IMG/VR virus record: IMGVR_UViG_3300045988_107203
Location: 15,075-79,074 of that record
Length of the DNA stretch: 64,000 nt
Direction: 5' to 3' (one strand)
From: a virus
Part shown: piece after piece, positions 1-8,390 of the stretch
Position numbering within the stretch: position 1 is the first letter of the stretch
Layout: every line of letters starts with the position of its first letter
The notes under the pieces: model-generated
The model's database searches: none
Told to the model about the DNA's origin: nothing
Seen by the model: the letters and a program-made list of their open reading frames with translations, nothing else
Program-made: the position numbers and the translations under genes

Positions 1-462
1 GTCAGTGGGTGCACGTCCCGCGTATGCTTTAGACTGAAGCTGACAAAACAGAGAGTTATTTTACATATTGGAGATAGATATACCTTTGCCCTTGCCGTTG
101 GCAATTAAAGGGCTGGTATTACTGCATGTACTACATTGGATAAATGTAGTTATGTTAGGTATGTTAGTACAGTTTGGAAAACATACCGTTGTACGCGGTT
201 TATCTCCAGACCGAAACGTGCCTTACTTGCCTGCACGTAAAATAGGACAAGGCTGTAGATTAAATTACAGGGTATAAACATGTAGCCTAACATGTAGGAA
301 CATGTTGTATCAAAACGCAAGGACACAATCGCCTTTATTTGTGGCTAAGTTGTGTAGCAGACGGAAAATATAATAACAACATAGTACGGGCCTGTACACA
401 AGAACTACGTACTAATTACGGGCTGTTGGTTGTAGCATAAAATTCGTATAGAATAGGAATGC

Positions 463-684
463 GTGTTCGGTCCGATTCCGGAGCAACCTCTAAATTATAA
501 ACAATATAATAACATGGGAAAGAAAGCAATGATCAACGCTTTAACTGAAGCGTTCAATAAATCTAAAAACAGTTGCGTAAAAATAACATTGCGTAACTAT
601 ATCGAGACGGTGGAAACACTTAGTGAAAATGAGTATAAAGAGGCGGAGAGTTTCTATATTGAAGCACTTAATAGATGGAGTTAA
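463..684 (+). CDS. hypothetical small protein (73 aa)
   Basis: ORF in track; lies in a largely non-coding AT-rich region; no recognisable motif. Confidence 0.3.
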   Translation: MFGPIPEQPLNYKQYNNMGKKAMINALTEAFNKSKNSCVKITLRNYIETVETLSENEYKEAESFYIEALNRWS

Positions 685-706
685 TCATAATTAAAGCATA
701 AAGAAA

Positions 707-913
707 ATGGAAAGGAAATTTAAATCTCATATGGTAGACGTCCGCGGTCTGTCCAGGAAAGAAGCTAAAGAAAAGCGAAAAAGAGCGTATCGTGAATTTA
801 TGTTGTATCGTGATCTCAAAGAAGCGTATCATGCCGATACAGGAAAGGACAAATGCAAACGCAAAGTCCATACATCACGAACATACGTGAAAGAAAACAT
901 AAACAGCATTTAA
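707..913 (+). CDS. hypothetical basic protein (68 aa, K/R-rich)
   Basis: ORF in track; followed by hairpin+T-run terminator at 921-957. Confidence 0.4.
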   Translation: MERKFKSHMVDVRGLSRKEAKEKRKRAYREFMLYRDLKEAYHADTGKDKCKRKVHTSRTYVKENINSI

Positions 914-920
914 ATAGGAA

Positions 921-957
921 TAGGGTTGTTTCGAATATCGGAGCAGCCCTATTTTTG
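921..957 (+). terminator. putative intrinsic terminator (AGGGTTG...CAGCCCT hairpin + TTTTTGT)
   Basis: inverted repeat followed by T-run directly after stop of 707-913. Confidence 0.4.
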
Positions 958-1018
958 TATCTTACTCTTTATATTCATGGGTAGGATATTCTGAGAGTGA
1001 ACGTCAGATGTGAGCCAT

Positions 1019-1110
1019 ATTGGTCTAAAACGAAACTAAAATAGGAGCTTTCGGATATAATTCCGGTATTTTGTCTATATCATGTCGTTAAAATTGGTCT
1101 AAAATGAAAC
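1019..1110. repeat. direct repeat ATTGGTCTAAAA(C/T)GAAACT x2 (1019-1037, 1092-1110)
   Basis: two near-identical 19-mers 73 bp apart in non-coding DNA; followed by GGCGG...CCGCC hairpin + T5 (1116-1165). Confidence 0.6.
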
Positions 1111-1443
1111 TTGAGGCGGTTTTCTGACCCAAAATAGGGTGTCGGATGCCGCCTTTTTCATCTCTATGGATTGAAAATTAGGCTTATTGTACTTTTCTTA
1201 AAAATAAGGTATGCTTGATTATCAATTAGTTAGGTTTTATGATACCCGTATTTTCGGGCACACTTATTGTAAATTTTTTATTTTATGTGGTGGTTTTTAT
1301 TAGTAGCTGACCTGTATTTTTTATCGGTTGGAGTAAGGTCTATGTTAGAGTACGGATCAGATCAGTATAATATTGTGATGGTTTTTTGCTTTTCGTTTTT
1401 GGCTTTGATTATAGGTCTGAATATCTATCTTGATAGGAGGAGC

Positions 1444-1578
1444 AGGCGGTAGGGCGTGGGCTGAAGTCTCTCTATTCTCTCTATGGAATGATATTATCTC
1501 CAAATCCCCCATATTCCATGCCAGAGTATAAGCTTGTAGCGCTCTCCGTATGCCGGTAGTGAGGCGGTAGGGCGTGGG
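1444..1578. repeat. 17-bp direct repeat AGGCGGTAGGGCGTGGG x2 (1444-1460, 1562-1578)
   Basis: exact 17-mer repeated 118 bp apart, unusually GC-rich for this genome. Confidence 0.7.
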
Positions 1579-1590
1579 TTCTATGCGGAA

Positions 1591-1688
1591 AGCCGGAGGA
1601 TTAGCGGGAGTTGGAGAGGGGGAGAGGGAGAGGGGGAGAGAGCGGGAGAGGGGGAGAGAGCGGGAGGGAGCGGGAGAGGGGGGAGGGC
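1591..1688. repeat. polypurine (GA/GGGAGA)n tract ~95 nt
   Basis: GGAGAGGGGGAGAGGGAGAGGGGGAGAGAGCGGGAGAGGGGGAGAGAGCGGGAGGGAGCGGGAGAGGGGGGAGGG; almost pure purine on + strand; generates spurious ORFs on both strands. Confidence 0.9.
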
Positions 1689-1696
1689 ACTCCCTT

Positions 1697-1864
1697 CCAA
1701 CAAAATCCAATAACTCCAATCCGACAAAATTTAACAACTCCCTTCCAACAAAATTCAATAGATAAGCGTTTTAAAACAACATTATGTAGTGTTTTCCCAC
1801 AAAATTAAGGATTACAGTGCTTTAAAACAGCAAAATGTGAGTTTATTCTACAAAATTCAATAGG
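1697..1864. repeat. iteron-like direct repeats (C)CAACAAAAT(T/C)CAATA x>=5
   Basis: copies at 1697-1712, 1721-1736, 1745-1760, 1796-1810, 1848-1864; candidate origin/packaging iterons. Confidence 0.6.
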
Positions 1865-2303
1865 TTGAGAGTTGAAAACTATATTCTATAGATTAGTAGT
1901 AATCGGAATGTATAACAATTAAAACATAAACAACATGAACGTATATGACTTTGCGCCTGACTTAGATTTGAGTAAGGAGGGAGAAGGTTCTATTTTTGGG
2001 GTGAAAGGGATAGAAGGCAGTGATGGTATAGTATATGCTAAGGTAGTTAGCTGTGTAGAAATTAGGGATTACAGTTGTGAGAGGTGTATTTTTTTTATGA
2101 TTATTATAAGGATAGATGTTTGTTATCGCGTAGTAATAGTTGTATAGATGGAGACTGGTGTTGTAGGTACGAACAGGCTGCCATAGAGGGGGAGTAGGCG
2201 GCGCCTTGGGCTAAGGCCTGCGGTTGTAGGTGGAACGTAGTTCGGAGCAGAGCCGGAACAGTTTATTGTGGAACTAAAAAAATAAAAAGGAGGAGATAGC
2301 GAT

Positions 2304-2384
2304 ATGAAAAAGGCATTTAAGATATTTTCTATTATGTTTGTCATAGAAATAGTGCTGATAGCTATTTTAGATGCTATGGCGTAA
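2304..2384 (+). CDS. 26-aa hydrophobic peptide MKKAFKIFSIMFVIEIVLIAILDAMA
   Basis: ATG preceded by strong SD AAAGGAGGAG; single TM-like helix; not in ORF track (<60 aa). Confidence 0.35.
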   Translation: MKKAFKIFSIMFVIEIVLIAILDAMA

Positions 2385-2428
2385 GTGAGAAAAATTTCTT
2401 CATTAATTTTCTTATGCTTTAGACAGAA

Positions 2429-2456
2429 TGCTCCCGTCTGCGAAGATCGGAGCATT
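2429..2456 (+). terminator. stable hairpin ATGCTCC(CG)-GUCUGCGAAGAU-(CG)GGAGCAT
   Basis: 7-9 bp stem; loop GTCTGCGAAGAT shared with terminator at 6957-6992; weak U tract after. Confidence 0.4.
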
Positions 2457-2463
2457 TGCTTTA

Positions 2464-2508
2464 TGGGATTCATGGTGCGGTAGGCTGGTTCGATTCCGGC
2501 GATCTCAC
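2464..2508 (+). ncRNA. tRNA-like minihelix A (7-bp acceptor-like stem + T-arm GCTGG-TTCGATT-CCGGC; no D/anticodon arms; no encoded CCA)
   Basis: TGGGATT(2464-2470) pairs with GATCTCA(2501-2507); canonical GGTTCGATTCC T-loop; 13-nt linker instead of D/anticodon arms; 3' tail CACAACATTAAAA shared with element B. Confidence 0.45.
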
Positions 2509-2748
2509 ACAACATTAAAATAGGGAAGAATATGTTAAAAGAAGAATTTGAAGAACTGATTAAAAGGGAGGTAAACGAAAATCAGTATAAAAACATAGAA
2601 ACGGCATACGAGGCTTTGCCAAAGCAAGAGAGATTGCCGTGCGATTAATAGGAGAGAGGGAAACAGTGGCATACACAGTAAAAGAAGGGCTGCCATTGTG
2701 GGAACAAGATAAAAAGTTTATAATAGAATTAATAAAGGAGGATAGAAA

Positions 2749-3090
2749 ATGAAAGACGGTATTGTATTGCATCCAGAGCATGGGTTGAATCCATCCATAG
2801 AACTATGCATAGTATGCGGTGAAGAGATGGGGATTGCTTTATTAGGGAATAACATCAAAGGGCAGGCGCCGCATCATATATGCACGGGAGAAATATGTGA
2901 CAACTGCAAAAAGATAATAGATGACGGAGGTTGTTTTATTATCGAAGTTGAGGATGGATCAGATCAAAAGAATCCGTATCGTACAGGAAGATATTGTGCG
3001 ATAAAGAAAGAGGTGGCAAAGAAGATATTTGGACAGGAGCATAATATTGTGTACATGGAAAAGTCTGCATACAGTCAAATAATACCATAA
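2749..3090 (+). CDS. Cys-rich zinc-ribbon protein (CxxC...CxxC), 113 aa
   Basis: SD AAGGAGG 8 nt upstream; CIVCGEE and CDNCKK motifs. Confidence 0.6.
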   Translation: MKDGIVLHPEHGLNPSIELCIVCGEEMGIALLGNNIKGQAPHHICTGEICDNCKKIIDDGGCFIIEVEDGSDQKNPYRTGRYCAIKKEVAKKIFGQEHNIVYMEKSAYSQIIP

Positions 3091-3104
3091 AAATAAAGAA
3101 GGAT

Positions 3105-3419
3105 ATGTTTACAAAAGAAGAGCGATTATTCATATGGAAAAAGGTATATGAGATGATTGATAGGTTAGAGGATGGGGAATACATATGTGTTGCGTTAAGA
3201 AATGTAGTGTTTATGTATTTCAAAACACATAAAAATATCTATGAGTTTCGTTCAGACGAAATGGTGAGAATATATTTCCCGGAATTGGAGGAGAAGATAA
3301 GTATGGCCACAGAACCAGAGGAAACAAGAACGTTTTATGGGTGGTTTGGTTGTCTTAGTCCAGAAACGAAGGAGGTAAGGCTGAATATTGTGAAAGATAT
3401 TATAAAAGAATTAGAATAG
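3105..3419 (+). CDS. hypothetical protein (104 aa)
   Basis: tiled ORF, no overlap. Confidence 0.55.
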   Translation: MFTKEERLFIWKKVYEMIDRLEDGEYICVALRNVVFMYFKTHKNIYEFRSDEMVRIYFPELEEKISMATEPEETRTFYGWFGCLSPETKEVRLNIVKDIIKELE

Positions 3420-3466
3420 TATTTTTGTTAATCTATTTTATTCATCAAATTAAGTTTTTGGGTTTT

Positions 3467-3496
3467 GGCATGTCGGTTCGTGAGGATAGGCATGCC
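3467..3496 (+). other. hairpin GGCATG-(loop with GGTTCGTGA)-CATGCC preceding tRNA-like element B
   Basis: 6-bp perfect stem; same position relative to minihelix as hairpin 2429-2456. Confidence 0.4.
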
Positions 3497-3514
3497 TATT
3501 TCTGCATCATAGAG

Positions 3515-3574
3515 GGGATGACGCGGCGTGCCGGTGTGTATGTGCCGGTCCTGGTTCGATTCTGGGCATCTCAC
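3515..3574 (+). ncRNA. tRNA-like minihelix B (6-bp acceptor-like stem + CCGG hairpin linker + T-arm CCTGG-TTCGATT-CTGGG)
   Basis: GGGATG(3515-3520) pairs CATCTC(3567-3572); GGTTCGATTC T-loop; tail CACAAACAATAAAA parallels element A; no D/anticodon arm, no CCA. Confidence 0.4.
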
Positions 3575-3599
3575 AAACAATAAAACAAAAAAGTTATGA

Positions 3600-3749
3600 G
3601 AATATATAAGAATGATATTATAAAGGCGTCAGCAATAAGCACCGGAGCCGACAGAGGCGTGTTGCTGTGTTCAATAACAGATTCAGGCTTTACGTCTATA
3701 GCGGGCGTAATATCGGCTGTTAAGAAGACAGGGCAAATATAATGTTTAA
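3600..3749 (+). CDS. possible small protein (49 aa) MRIYKNDIIKASAISTGADRGVLL...
   Basis: ATG-initiated ORF directly after minihelix B; below track threshold. Confidence 0.25.
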
Positions 3750-3810
3750 TTATCATCTGACACATAAATGGGATCAGTATTACCATTAAATAACATAAAA
3801 CAATAATAAT

Positions 3811-4065
3811 ATGACAGAGAATAGTATAGACGTAAATATCGTACCTGTAAAGAATGGTATGAAACGTGTTGTGGTATCATATTACCATTATTCACGCAAG
3901 GAGAAAGATCGCATGAGTTCCCAAACGGATTACGTTTGGGAAACAAAGAATGAAGAAATGTTTAAATACTTTGAGGCCAGGAGGACAAAAGTATTTTATA
4001 GTCAGATTCGTGCCATGTGTAGATTCTATGGCGAGAAAAATGTACGTAAATACAAAAAGTTATGA
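3811..4065 (+). CDS. hypothetical protein (84 aa)
   Basis: tiled ORF; ATGA overlap with next gene. Confidence 0.5.
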   Translation: MTENSIDVNIVPVKNGMKRVVVSYYHYSRKEKDRMSSQTDYVWETKNEEMFKYFEARRTKVFYSQIRAMCRFYGEKNVRKYKKL

Positions 4066-4871
4066 TATTAAAAACGACAACCAACGAGTTTTGTTTCATT
4101 AACGTAAGTTTCTACGAAACAATAGCAGATCCTCGTCATTTCTTTGAACAGGATTATGAAGAGATGCCAGAATATGAGGAGGAATCGGATTTTGATTTTG
4201 ATTCTTATTACAATAAGTTTATTCCTTTTGTACAGGAATGGGCGAATGAGGTGGGCGAACGCCTTTACGGATATGGCGTGAATAGTATAAAGGTAACATC
4301 GGTCGGATATCCGAAAGAATATAATTATGGTACTGATTGGATGAACGTAGAGGTAGAGTTTTGTGATGAATGGAGGCAAAAGATGTTATCTAACATTAGT
4401 AAGATTGTCAATGATGATAAATGCAAGAAGTATGCGGAGACTAATTACCGGTCGGTATCAGGATACATCTTTTTAGGGCCTGAAGATTTAAAGGAATTTG
4501 AAAAGGAAATAATAGAAAGAAAGTCGGATTCCGGATATGATGTAACAATATTATTAAATATGTATCTAACTTTGGCTTTTGTAAAAGAATTTGGATTTAA
4601 AGCCGGAGAAGCATGGAGTGAAATAACAGAATATGCTTACGGATGTTTATCGTATTCCGATTTTGCAACAACAGAGATGCTTATACCGGAAGGTTCGGAG
4701 CATTTATTCAAAGACATTTACACGGCAAAGGCCGACGAATTATATCATCATGTCCTGGATAAATTCGGATGGGCGTGGCGTGATCCGAAATATAAGTCAG
4801 AAACAGAATTATGCGCAATGCTAAAGTGGGCAAAAGAAAAAGGCTTGACCATTGAAGAGTTAAGTATTTAA
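4062..4871 (+). CDS. hypothetical acidic protein (269 aa)
   Basis: long ORF, start coupled to previous stop. Confidence 0.7.
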   Translation: MILKTTTNEFCFINVSFYETIADPRHFFEQDYEEMPEYEEESDFDFDSYYNKFIPFVQEWANEVGERLYGYGVNSIKVTSVGYPKEYNYGTDWMNVEVEFCDEWRQKMLSNISKIVNDDKCKKYAETNYRSVSGYIFLGPEDLKEFEKEIIERKSDSGYDVTILLNMYLTLAFVKEFGFKAGEAWSEITEYAYGCLSYSDFATTEMLIPEGSEHLFKDIYTAKADELYHHVLDKFGWAWRDPKYKSETELCAMLKWAKEKGLTIEELSI

Positions 4872-4931
4872 TTGTTAAACATAAGGCAGTAGTGGTGCGT
4901 GAGTATAGGTGCTGCCGTTAAAATATTTTAT

Positions 4932-5183
4932 AAGATGAAAAAAGAAGAGATTCAAACTATTTTATACACAATCAAAGAAGGAGACAGTATTAAGATCAAA
5001 GTACAAGACAAAAGTGAAGAGATAAGACTGCGGGATCATGTAAGAAGAGTACAGAAATACGGATACAGGTTTTGTTTGTCTCATTTGCATGATGGAATTT
5101 TCTATCTGGAGAAGTTAGAAGAAGGGGATAAGGATAAATACTATAGAGTAATAAACAGAGGAAATGGAAAGACCAGAGTATAA
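4932..5183 (+). CDS. hypothetical protein (~83 aa; track ORF 4899 starts at GTG)
   Basis: first ATG in frame at 4932; hairpin 4875-4907 precedes. Confidence 0.45.
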   Translation, partial: KMKKEEIQTILYTIKEGDSIKIKVQDKSEEIRLRDHVRRVQKYGYRFCLSHLHDGIFYLEKLEEGDKDKYYRVINRGNGKTRV

Positions 5184-5457
5184 CAAGCTACGTAAAATGG
5201 CTAAGACTACTCCAGGTCTGATAGTGGACGAGGCGCAAAACATGATGCGTGTATCGCTATACGATAATGGGGGACTTAAGAAGGTGGTAGTAGTAATGAA
5301 ATGCGATTCTTTTTTACAGTCAAAAAGTAACATAGAAAAGATAATGTTATTATCATCTTCTATAGAAGATAGAAAAAACAAGGAAAAAAATAAAACAAAA
5401 TCAGAAAATGAACAGAATAACAAAAATAAGAGAAGAAATAGGAGGAAAACAGGTTGA
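5164..5457 (+). CDS. hypothetical K/N-rich protein (97 aa)
   Basis: ORF in track; overlaps neighbours by 20-50 nt, start uncertain. Confidence 0.35.
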   Translation: MERPEYNKLRKMAKTTPGLIVDEAQNMMRVSLYDNGGLKKVVVVMKCDSFLQSKSNIEKIMLLSSSIEDRKNKEKNKTKSENEQNNKNKRRNRRKTG

Positions 5458-5791
5458 TTTGACCTTTTACGGGCGCTTTTGCAGCCTTATCGAAGGTGAT
5501 AGAAAGATAATACTAAGGGCGATAAAAAACGGTCATAAAAAAGGCGTAATCGGAGCTATTCAGCCTGGGAGACATGATAGAATTTGGACCACATGGTCTA
5601 TTGCTTTTGATGATCTGAAGGTGGGGAATACGGTAGAGTTCAGTACATCTGGAAAATACAATCCAGGTTTTCATTCTACAGAAAAGTATGTAGGATGTGT
5701 AGAATGGATAAAAGGATCGGAATGTGCGATAAAAACCGGCAATGGAATGGCGGTAGTATTAATTAAACACATAGAAAGGGTAGTAAAATGA
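5408..5791 (+). CDS. hypothetical protein (127 aa)
   Basis: tiled ORF. Confidence 0.5.
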   Translation: MNRITKIREEIGGKQVDLTFYGRFCSLIEGDRKIILRAIKNGHKKGVIGAIQPGRHDRIWTTWSIAFDDLKVGNTVEFSTSGKYNPGFHSTEKYVGCVEWIKGSECAIKTGNGMAVVLIKHIERVVK

Positions 5792-6072
5792 TGGATTTAA
5801 GGATGTTTATAAACCTATTTCAGGAGATTGAGGTAGAAAACTTGTTTAAAGCGTTAGATTTATGTATGGAATATGTAAGATTAGATTTACATGTGTTTAA
5901 TGTAGGAGCTCATGTAACGTGTTCATACAGCAATGATCTTGAATCTCTTTCACAGGCAGAAGGTTGTAATGTGAATATGATAATAGAGGTACCCTACTTA
6001 TTCGAAGCATTCATGGAATATGCTTCACCGGAAATGAAGTTGTATTATGAAAAACTAACAGAGATAGTATAA
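5788..6072 (+). CDS. hypothetical protein (94 aa)
   Basis: ATGA start/stop overlap. Confidence 0.55.
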   Translation: MMDLRMFINLFQEIEVENLFKALDLCMEYVRLDLHVFNVGAHVTCSYSNDLESLSQAEGCNVNMIIEVPYLFEAFMEYASPEMKLYYEKLTEIV

Positions 6073-6073
6073 T

Positions 6074-6547
6074 ATGAAAGAAGAAGTAGAACGGATAAAG
6101 AAGTTGGTAGGCATAGATCATAACAGATGGGAGCAACCTTGTACATGTGATAAATGTAAAAACATGTGTAAAGTTCCTTGTATTGGTACGCCAAAAGACA
6201 TAGAGGCTATCATAGATGCCGGATACGCTGACAGGTTAAAAGAAACAATGTGGATGGTAGGGTATCTTGCAGTGAAAGAAAAACCAATAGCGATGATCCA
6301 GCCAACAGAGAAAGACGGGTGGTGCGCATTCCGCCAGCCGGGCGGTCTCTGCGAGCTGCATGACCTCGGACTAAAGCCGACTGAAGGAGTTCTGGCTTCT
6401 TGTAAGGTGGTTGAAGAAGACGATATTCCGACATACGAAACATCCGTACTTAGAGCAGTAGCTCACGAGTGGGTTAAGGTGGAGAACTTTGGAAATGTAA
6501 TGAAGGTTGTTTTTAAATTTTTGCATGAAAATGAACGTGGAAAATAA
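6074..6547 (+). CDS. Cys-rich protein (CTCDKCKNMCKVPC..., 157 aa), possible metal-cluster protein
   Basis: cluster of 6 Cys in N-terminal 30 aa plus 3 more; no firm family. Confidence 0.55.
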   Translation: MKEEVERIKKLVGIDHNRWEQPCTCDKCKNMCKVPCIGTPKDIEAIIDAGYADRLKETMWMVGYLAVKEKPIAMIQPTEKDGWCAFRQPGGLCELHDLGLKPTEGVLASCKVVEEDDIPTYETSVLRAVAHEWVKVENFGNVMKVVFKFLHENERGK

Positions 6548-6935
6548 ATTAGACAAAGTGGCTAAGATCCTAAAAGAAAAAGGATTCGTAGTATATAGAA
6601 AGGGCGGGAAGGAGCCAGGTGTATTTTATGCCAAAGAAGGTGACAGCCGGATAGGATTCGTTTATCCAAACAACGGATATATATACGACAGGATAAAAAT
6701 GTGGTCTTTTTCAAGGGTGTATAAACCACATAAGAAAACCGGATCTTCGTGTTTAATGTGTGTCAGCGACGAATTTACTATAGAAAATGCGATTAAGAGC
6801 ATAGAAGATAGACTGTGGGTAAATTATATAAAAGACGGTAACAGAAAACGACCAGAAGAATATAAAAATATAAGAGAATTTGTTGGTAGCTTCACTAAAT
6901 TCTACAGCTCTGTAGAATTAGTTGAAGTAAAATAG
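6525..6935 (+). CDS. hypothetical protein (~136 aa)
   Basis: ATG at 6525 in frame with track ORF 6507 (TTG); followed by strong terminator. Confidence 0.6.
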   Translation: MKMNVENKLDKVAKILKEKGFVVYRKGGKEPGVFYAKEGDSRIGFVYPNNGYIYDRIKMWSFSRVYKPHKKTGSSCLMCVSDEFTIENAIKSIEDRLWVNYIKDGNRKRPEEYKNIREFVGSFTKFYSSVELVEVK

Positions 6936-6956
6936 TTTTCCATGTAAGTTAGTTAC

Positions 6957-6992
6957 CGGCACTGGTCTGCGAAGATAGGTGCCGTTTTTTTT
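6957..6992 (+). terminator. intrinsic terminator CGGCAC-UGGUCUGCGAAGAUA-GUGCCG + T8
   Basis: perfect 6-bp stem, GNRA-containing loop identical in core to 2437-2448, then TTTTTTTT. Confidence 0.75.
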
Positions 6993-7013
6993 ATTCAAGA
7001 AAGGAGGACAAAG

Positions 7014-7265
7014 ATGGAGAAAAGAGGCAAGAAGATGCCTTACGAGGTAGTCATACAGGAAAGAAAAAGAGTGGATTTGTACGGTAACGTAGTGTATTAT
7101 ATCCATTGGTTTGATAAATATGGGTACAATATCACAAACGAATGGAAATTCTGGAGCAAGGGTCCGAAAAAGAAATACGATAGAGTTAATCGTTATCTAA
7201 CGGATAGTTGGTTGAAGGAATACTGTGGGAATAACGATTTAAAGATAAGGAGAATAAAGGAATGA
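7014..7265 (+). CDS. hypothetical protein (83 aa)
   Basis: SD AAAGGAGG upstream; tiled. Confidence 0.6.
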   Translation: MEKRGKKMPYEVVIQERKRVDLYGNVVYYIHWFDKYGYNITNEWKFWSKGPKKKYDRVNRYLTDSWLKEYCGNNDLKIRRIKE

Positions 7266-7777
7266 AAAAGATAAAAGTAGACAAAGTGATATTATACTAT
7301 ATGGATCGGGTAGACCCTGACGGGAACCCATACCGGTTCTATGTGTATAAAGGAATGGCATCTGAAATAGAATACTTTTGCACGGAAGAGGCAGGTAATA
7401 TGACTATACCAATCGGAGAAGGAGAGTATGTCAAGATTGTACCAAAAGAAATAGAGAAAATACCGGTAAGGGGATATAGGAAGCTTACTGGAATATGGAA
7501 TCGTGAAACATGTAACGGAAAGGGATGGTATAGGCTTTTTAATTATTTCAAATACAAGCCGACCCTATGTTATTTTAAAAAAGCTGGACATGATGTAAAT
7601 GGGAATACAAGATACGAAATATCATTATTTAACAACATTATAAATGTGACAAGGTATTTCAATCTGTGGAGAATGAAGCCAGGAAAGTATGCTATGGTAA
7701 CAAACGAGTGTGGCGCCTTGGATGTTATAAAAGAAAAATTTGACAACATAAATATAGTGGAATATGGATCTGAATGA
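7262..7777 (+). CDS. hypothetical protein (171 aa)
   Basis: ATGA coupling. Confidence 0.6.
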   Translation: MKKIKVDKVILYYMDRVDPDGNPYRFYVYKGMASEIEYFCTEEAGNMTIPIGEGEYVKIVPKEIEKIPVRGYRKLTGIWNRETCNGKGWYRLFNYFKYKPTLCYFKKAGHDVNGNTRYEISLFNNIINVTRYFNLWRMKPGKYAMVTNECGALDVIKEKFDNINIVEYGSE

Positions 7778-8132
7778 ATTGTACAAAGAAATAGAAAAAG
7801 CGGAGGTTGATCTGAATGCAAAAAGATTAAAGTACATCAAAGAAGCATTAGCAGAAAACAATGGAATTATAAAGCTAAAATTTAAAGAGTTTAAAGAATT
7901 TAAAGAAACTAATGATGTATTTGACTTTGACGATCAGTTTCCGGTGATAATAGAAATTGCTGGGATTCCTATGTATTTAACGGAAGTGTATGTCAAAAAA
8001 AACGATTTTCGTATAGTTCTGCTGGATTATGATGATATGACTTTAGGTGATTATGATAATACAGGGGAAAATGAACAGGTTGCTTATTTTATTAACTATT
8101 GCTTAAATCAAGACAAAGATGGGAAAGAGTAG
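7764..8132 (+). CDS. hypothetical acidic protein (122 aa)
   Basis: tiled ORF. Confidence 0.55.
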   Translation: MDLNELYKEIEKAEVDLNAKRLKYIKEALAENNGIIKLKFKEFKEFKETNDVFDFDDQFPVIIEIAGIPMYLTEVYVKKNDFRIVLLDYDDMTLGDYDNTGENEQVAYFINYCLNQDKDGKE

Positions 8133-8307
8133 AAAAGATTATGAGAAGTATCTTAACTCCATATCTCCAGATAGAGACGATGAAGCATGGATTATTGGAG
8201 GAAGGAACAGATATTGCGGTAGAGAGAATTATGGCACTATGATCAAAAGGTATGATCCTATTGGTTTTAATGTAGGGTACAGGGAGTGGACGGGGCAGCC
8301 AGAGTAA
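8119..8307 (+). CDS. hypothetical protein (62 aa)
   Basis: tiled ORF; C-terminus reads into GC-rich element. Confidence 0.4.
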   Translation: MGKSRKDYEKYLNSISPDRDDEAWIIGGRNRYCGRENYGTMIKRYDPIGFNVGYREWTGQPE

Positions 8308-8360
8308 GGCGGAGCCTGCCATGCCATGAGGCCAGACTGGCTGTTCGTGGCATGGATTAT
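8285..8360. other. GC-rich structured intergenic element (CCATGCCA...TGGCATGG inverted repeat with nested GCCAG-A-CTGGC hairpin)
   Basis: GC content far above flanks; shares 12-mer GGGCAGCCAGAG with 17113-17124. Confidence 0.4.
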
Positions 8361-8390
8361 ACATTAATCAGATAGTGAACAACGAAAACA

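Noticed and set aside
1357-1808. Track ORFs 1357-1758 (-), 1574-1765 (+) and 1611-1808 (+), giving PSPAPS and GEGERERG repeat proteins
   Set aside because: These are translation artefacts of the GA/TC polypurine tract on both strands, with no start context and low-complexity products. Region treated as non-coding repeat.
1697-1864. Possible CRISPR array from the CAACAAAATTCAATA-like repeats
   Set aside because: Repeats are short (about 15 nt), imperfect and irregularly spaced, with no uniform spacers and no cas genes. More consistent with iterons.
2123-2515. Minus-strand ORF (130 aa) overlapping the GC-rich segment and the tRNA-like element A
   Set aside because: It is antisense to the structured RNA-like elements and the small peptide gene, and its composition is atypical. 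Likely spurious.
2440-3575. Canonical tRNA genes at the two GGTTCGATTC loci
   Set aside because: No D-arm or anticodon arm can be folded between the acceptor 5' strand and the T-arm (13-nt and 29-nt linkers). No anticodon can be assigned. Reported instead as tRNA-like minihelices.
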